64,000 bases of DNA, taken from assembly GCF_036321535.1 (NCBI RefSeq), contig NC_087437.1, positions 59,460,001 through 59,524,000 of the forward strand. Direction: 5' to 3'. The notes under the pieces are model-generated. The model saw nothing but the letters and a program-made list of their open reading frames with translations, was not told the origin of the DNA and searched no databases. Source of the stretch: Camelus dromedarius (Eukaryota). Of the stretch, positions 58,749 to 64,000 are shown piece after piece (within the stretch, counting starts at the first letter, position 1; each line of letters begins with the position of its first letter). The translations under genes and the position numbers were made by a program.

Positions 58749-60089
58749 AGCTAAAACATTAATCTGCCTTGCCCGCAGCCAAATGTAACTACGCAGCTTC
58801 CAGAATATGTCCTTGGACCACTGCCATCTTATCTCTGGTCCAGAAGCTCAGTTGAGGAATCTCTGTTACTCACACTAAGCAGGTATTCCTCTCTCTTCCA
58901 GGCACCACTGAGAAGTCTTACAGAGCATTTTTGATAGTCCCCATGGACTAGCATTCATATCTTATCAACACTCACTTTGGGGGCCCAAAGTATGTATAAG
59001 TCCTTCCTGCTATGGGTTGCCCAGAACCCTAGTGCTCCCTGGTACTACAAATAAATCTGAATTCTTTTTAAAAAATCTTAACTGTAATAAGGCTGTAGAA
59101 CTAACTCAAATATCCATTTTCTTTTCTTTTGGTGGAAAATAGATCTACTTACTATGATGCCATCGGGCTGAATTCATCGCAGCAAACGTTTATTGTGTTC
59201 CCACTGTGTATTAGGCAAGGCTGACATGAAATTGACATGTTTACGTGTCCTTGATTCATTAGCACATAGGCAAACAAGTTACTAATTACTGTACTCAAGC
59301 AGACAATACTGTTCAAAACATATGCTCTGTAAGGGTAACAAAATAGTGACGTTTTAAAGAAGAGGTTTGAAATTCCAGTCTGGAGATTTAGCTCCTTGTA
59401 GGTGACCAAGAGAAGCTTGTTTAAAAAATAAAAACCATTTTACTCACCTTTTCCCCTCCTTTGCTAGAAGCGACAGCTGTGGCCTCCCAGAGAACAGTCT
59501 GTTCCCTGGACATGTTTCAGAGATGTTAATTTCACTCAGTCCAGGGCTGCAGGAAAAAGGGATCGTTTCTAGGGAAAGCGTCCACTTTCCACAGCTGCAG
59601 TCTAGGGAGGACTGAGGGCTGTCCCCTACTTCCCTCCGGCTTTTTTCCTGACTGTTTTATGGCCAGACACATGCGCAGCTTCTGGGATCCCTAATTTTGC
59701 CTGCTATCTGGGAAACTTAAGTGGCCACATTTAAGGTTCCAAACATGAGCAGAGGACTCTGGTACCGCCTAAGGATGAGTGATTCATGTATTCTGTGTGC
59801 TGGAGTGTGCCACTGGTCGAAGGCTCATTAGAGTTTAATTAAGCACATTCTTTACTGACAATGCAGTCAGTAGTAGGAGTCAGACTTCTGGTGCTCAGTA
59901 GCAAGATGCTTTCGGGTTTGGGGTATATTTTAAACTCCCTCTTTCTCCTTTTACTGAGACAGCGTAGTGCCTCCTCCACCTTCATGAACCCTCGCATGGT
60001 GTGTGTCGCAATCCTCCTGGAGATTCTCATTGAATTTGCCTGGGCCAGGCACCTTCCTTTTTGCAATCCCCCATGCGTGACTCTAAATT

Positions 60090-60500
60090 ATTCCAAAGCC
60101 TAAGAACCACTGACTCTGTAGGTTGATGATTCTCAGGTTGACAGCTGACTCCTGAGTCTCTGACTTTGTAACCTGCTGCCTTCTGGGTGTCTCCACCTGG
60201 GATGTCTAATAGGCATTTCAAACTCCAAGCAGAAGAGATTTGGGAGTCACTCACCAGCTGCCCTCAACTCATTTCATTCATTCTTCCAAAATATATCTCA
60301 GGTCTATCACCTCCTCTCTGGAAACTTCTGCCTTTTGTAAACCAAGTCCAGCTGTGACTGGATGGAGAAGCCATTTCTCTGATTCACGAGATTCGCCTCC
60401 TTGAGAATTTCTCTCTCACCGTGGCTCCCATCCACAGTGACCTGGGTAAGGGCCTGTTCCCTCTCTGCACAAACGCATGTCTCTTCCTTCACTTTGCTCC
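60090..60500 (+). mobile_element. LINE-2 fragment
   Basis: ctcctgagtctctgactttgtaacctgctgccttctgggtgtctccacctgggatgtctaataggcatttcaaactc. Confidence 0.6.
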
Positions 60501-61799
60501 AGCAGAGAGAAAGCTGGACTGTTTCATAAGATTTTTTTCAAGAAAGACTTAGTGATAAAAAGAAGGAAGTGAACAAAGGGGCGAAGGGAACGCAAGATAC
60601 CCCGGTATTCAGGGTGGGATTTCTCTTTGAAGCCTGAAGATCCCACCTCATCCTGGCTCCGCTTCTGTACCCTATGACGGGCATTATTTCAGCACTTGCC
60701 AAGCAGATTATATGCCCATTTCCCTTGACTCCTTCAGCCTCTACCCAGACAGCCAGAGCAAGGTCCTCCTCCTCCTTACATTCTCCTTTTCTGCTTCTTG
60801 TCTGGGCACCCATTTCCTCCTCAAATAACTGGTGTTAGGAATGACCACTCCCTTCAGAGACCAGAGGTCTATTTCAATCTTCCTCTTCTTCTTCAGGCTC
60901 TGCCCAAAAGACTTGACTTCTAAGGGAGAGCAGCAGAGAGCCCAAGAGTACTCTCTGTGGGGTGACCTGTATGAGATGCCCACCAGCCCAGCTGTGATTG
61001 AAGCATCTTGGGGAGGCTGCTAGGGGGAAGTTTGACATCAGCTGGGCAGCAGCCACCACTCCTGCCCCCGGGAACCCAAGGCTTTAAGAGCTATTGTGTA
61101 AAGTCTGGTGTTCTCTGCTTGAATTCCAAGGCTGTATGAGCTGCCAGTTCCAGCAATGATCTCATTACAACTGAGTGATTGAGTGAGGCAGGCATCCTCC
61201 AAGGAGATCATCGGGTTTAGACTGACTGTCTAATTAAACTCCACAGCGGCTCCCTACAGCTGGCGGGAAGGAAATGCGATTTGGTTTTTGCAAATGGGGA
61301 AATGGCATTTAGAGAGGTAAATTGAATTGGCAACAGTAGTGAAGTGAGCCAGCTTCGTAGATGCAGAGACTTTCAGGGCTAGAAGTTAAGTTAGAAGCCA
61401 GCTAGATAAGCTGAGTTGGAAGTAGTGGAAGATTACTCAGGCTCCCGGCAGAGCTGCTACTGCACGTGAGTCCACAAGGCAGCCTTAAAAAAAGTGGCTC
61501 CACATCCCTTTCCACATCTCTTAGTGGGACAGCCTCCCCAAAAAGGAAGCCAACTATTCTGGATCTTTGGTCTATCGACTGCGCTTTCAGTGAGGCTGGC
61601 AGGGGGGTGCTCCAAGTCACAGGATGGTAGTCAGGTGACCTGGTGGTGGTCTCAGCAGCTGGAGGAGGTCCAAGATAAGGTTCTTGAAAATTGCCAGTCA
61701 CTTTTCTAGGGCCAGCAAATGGCTATAGTTAGGAAAGAGTCCAAGTGGCTGGGATGTGACTCCTCACACACATCCACCTTTCTTAGTGGACAAATATAT

Positions 61800-61990
61800 A
61801 TACTTTCAGTGTCCATTATCTTACCTGGTTCCCATGACAACCTTGTGAGACAGGCAGGACACAGGGTTTTATCCCTATTTTACAGATGAGGAAGAGGAGT
61901 CCCAGAGTAGGTACCTGACTTACCAAGACCACTTAGGAGAGCAGAACTTTAACTCAGGACTCCAAGTTCATGGTCCCAGGTTCTACCCAA
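61800..61990 (-). mobile_element. MIR SINE
   Basis: catgacaaccttgtgagacagg...ttatccctattttacagatgaggaag...ctgacttaccaagaccac...ttaactcaggactcc. Confidence 0.75.
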
Positions 61991-62289
61991 AAGCCTGTGC
62001 TCCTTCCCCTCAGAGCTGCTCATAGGACTTATGGAAGCAGAGGCAGTCTTGGCAATCCCAAAGGAGAGGCACTGTATCTTAGCAACGCAGACACCGTACC
62101 TTTCTCAGCTTCCGTGGCCACCCTGGCATGGTTTTCCTCACAAACACAACAAAGCATACAGATATACTGGGAGGTGCTTTGGGACTGGACTCCAATGGCA
62201 GAGTTAGGACTTTCTTGTCTGGATGTTCATCACCTGTGATTAAAAACCGTAGGTGCTACTGACTTTCCATTTTCTCCTGGGACGCTATG

Positions 62290-62480
62290 GTGTAGAGGGA
62301 AGAGTCCTGGATTTGAAGACAGAAGAGCAGGGTTTTGGTTCCTTTGGTATTTGATAGCTGGTCTTTCAGTCCAGCCATCTGATCTCGTTCAGGCTCAGTT
62401 TCTTCATCTATGAAATGAGCATGATATGTATCCCACAGCTCACAGGGTTGTTTTTGAGCATTTTCATAAAAATGCCTTGT
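62290..62480 (+). mobile_element. MIR SINE
   Basis: ggctcagtttcttcatctatgaaatgagcatgata...cagctcacagggttgtttttgagcatt. Confidence 0.65.
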
Positions 62481-62619
62481 ATGCTGTGTGTCTCTATGAA
62501 AAGGTGGGGAGTCATACGCCCAGATAATTAACATGTCCCCATATCAAGCAGGACCATTCTTTTACTCAGCAGGGTGGTATGAACCCTCCAGACAGCCATT
62601 GTATTCTTTAACTAAAGCT

Positions 62620-62875
62620 CTAGGAATCTCAACTCAGCATCTTAAAAGAATTCACGTTTATTACCTCACAGTTGCCCTAGGCCAGGAGTCTGAGCTCAGC
62701 TCAGCATGGTCCTTGGCTCAAGGTCTCACAAGGCTGCATTCAAGGTGTCAGTCAGGCTGTAGGCTGGTCTGGAGGCTTGACTCGAAGATAATCTACTTCT
62801 GTGCTCACTTTGGTTGGCAGAGTTCATTTCCTTGTGGTTTGGAGAACTGAGGTTCCTCCAGGTGCCCACAGCTCC
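62620..62875 (-). mobile_element. ERVL-MaLR LTR fragment (MLT1D/E-like)
   Basis: cgtttattacctcacagtt...ggccaggagtctgagc...gctcaaggtctcacaaggctgcattcaaggtgtcagtcaggctg...ttggcagagttcatttccttgtggtt. Confidence 0.75.
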
Positions 62876-64000
62876 AGTCTTTAGCCTAACCTGCCTCTTA
62901 TGGTTAGACTGTTGGTCAGTTCCATGTTTCATTCTCTGATGCAAACCTTTCTTGATTAATTGATGTCAGTTAGTTGCTGGGTGAGTTCTTTTTACATAGT
63001 GACTCCAAAGCCCTGTGAGTTGCTGTGGTCATACCGCTGCCTGTACAACTGTGCTCCCCCACGCTCTTCCACGTTGTTGACCGTGACGATGACACTGGCA
63101 GAGGAGGAAGGCCTTTTGGCCAAGGAATGGGAGAGAAGCCCAGCCTGTAAGGAGAGGGCCCTGCCCGGGGCTGGCTCTGCAGGGCAGGAGGGGAGAAAGG
63201 CTGAGTGTTGGGTGGGCGGTGCAGGAAGCACAGGAGTTCTTCAGCAACTTTGGGATCTAGTGACTAAGGGGCTCTCCCTCCTTCCCTTGGGGGCAGAGCA
63301 AGGCAGCGGGGCCACCTGTGGACTCATGGTCACCTTGGATGCCTTCTGCTAGTGTGACCATCTTTTCATTCTTTCCTTTTACCCCAAGACAACAAAATGT
63401 CAGGTGACTTCTTTCCTTCAGGACTGAGCCAACGAGGCTTTTCTTAGGTTCTGCTGATAACATGTCTTCTCCTCTTAAACATTCCAAATCTGAGAAGGCT
63501 TCTCGTCTCTGAGATCATCTTCCCATTTTCCTCTCCTGTTGTATTTTCCTCCCAGTTTGCCCGAGACTTTCTCTGTGGAAATTTATGTTCTTTACCTGGC
63601 TAATTGTATCTTCTTCCATTACTTGGGCTTCCAAATTTCATCATGTGACAATCTTTTCCCTCAAGGTTTCTGATAGGCAGAAAAACCCTGATTTAAAATA
63701 ACAACCCATCTTATTTTAAATTCAATCATTATCTATTTAGGACATGATTTAATTTCCTGAGGTATGATCAATTGCTCAATTTTATTTACTTTATCGTTCC
63801 AGGAACCAGAAAAGCAGGACAAATATTCCAGCTACCTGGAACGGATGGGAAAAACTCAGGCCTTGTGAAACTTTTTCTTATCTGCTGCAGTGTTTGATAC
63901 TGAGTTAGCATTATTCAGTACGTGTTGAAATGATCCTATTCCTCATTTCCCCTCAATTTTATGTCATGTCACTCTTCTTCCTGATTTAAACAAGAAACAG

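Noticed and set aside
7400..64000. Exons of a further protein-coding gene or an annotated lncRNA
   Set aside because: No ORF with coding-like codon bias or recognisable homology. lncRNA exons may exist but cannot be identified from sequence alone.

Overview
Mammalian genomic DNA, most likely a camelid: it carries four tRNA-Ala(AGC)-derived SINEs of the Vic-1 type plus cetartiodactyl-type L1 3' ends. The only protein-coding gene I can support is the intronless FAM43A (CDS 5161-6441, +, 426 aa, PTB/PID-like domain followed by an acidic disordered tail). It lies in a CpG island, with a TATA-like box at 4201, an inferred ~0.9-kb uORF-rich leader and a poly(A) signal at 7340. The remaining ~56 kb is gene-poor: L1, L2, MIR, MaLR/ERV LTRs, hAT/Tigger DNA transposons, microsatellites, and several repeat-poor, motif-dense blocks that look like enhancers. 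I do not see a convincing new multi-gene system. Best leads: (i) adjacent 14-3-3 (RSRSAP) and PP2A-B56 (LGSITE) motifs in FAM43A; (ii) a Roquin CDE-like stem-loop within a Pumilio/miRNA-dense 3' UTR; (iii) a chain of uORFs including an ATGA stop-start overlap; (iv) an 83-bp locally templated insertion inside a MER58A; (v) a ~760-bp triplet-periodic purine tract that reads as E/K/Q-rich; (vi) a CpG-gaining patch in an old L1. Repeat family names come from my recall of consensus sequences, and repeat boundaries are approximate; both need RepeatMasker/Dfam confirmation.
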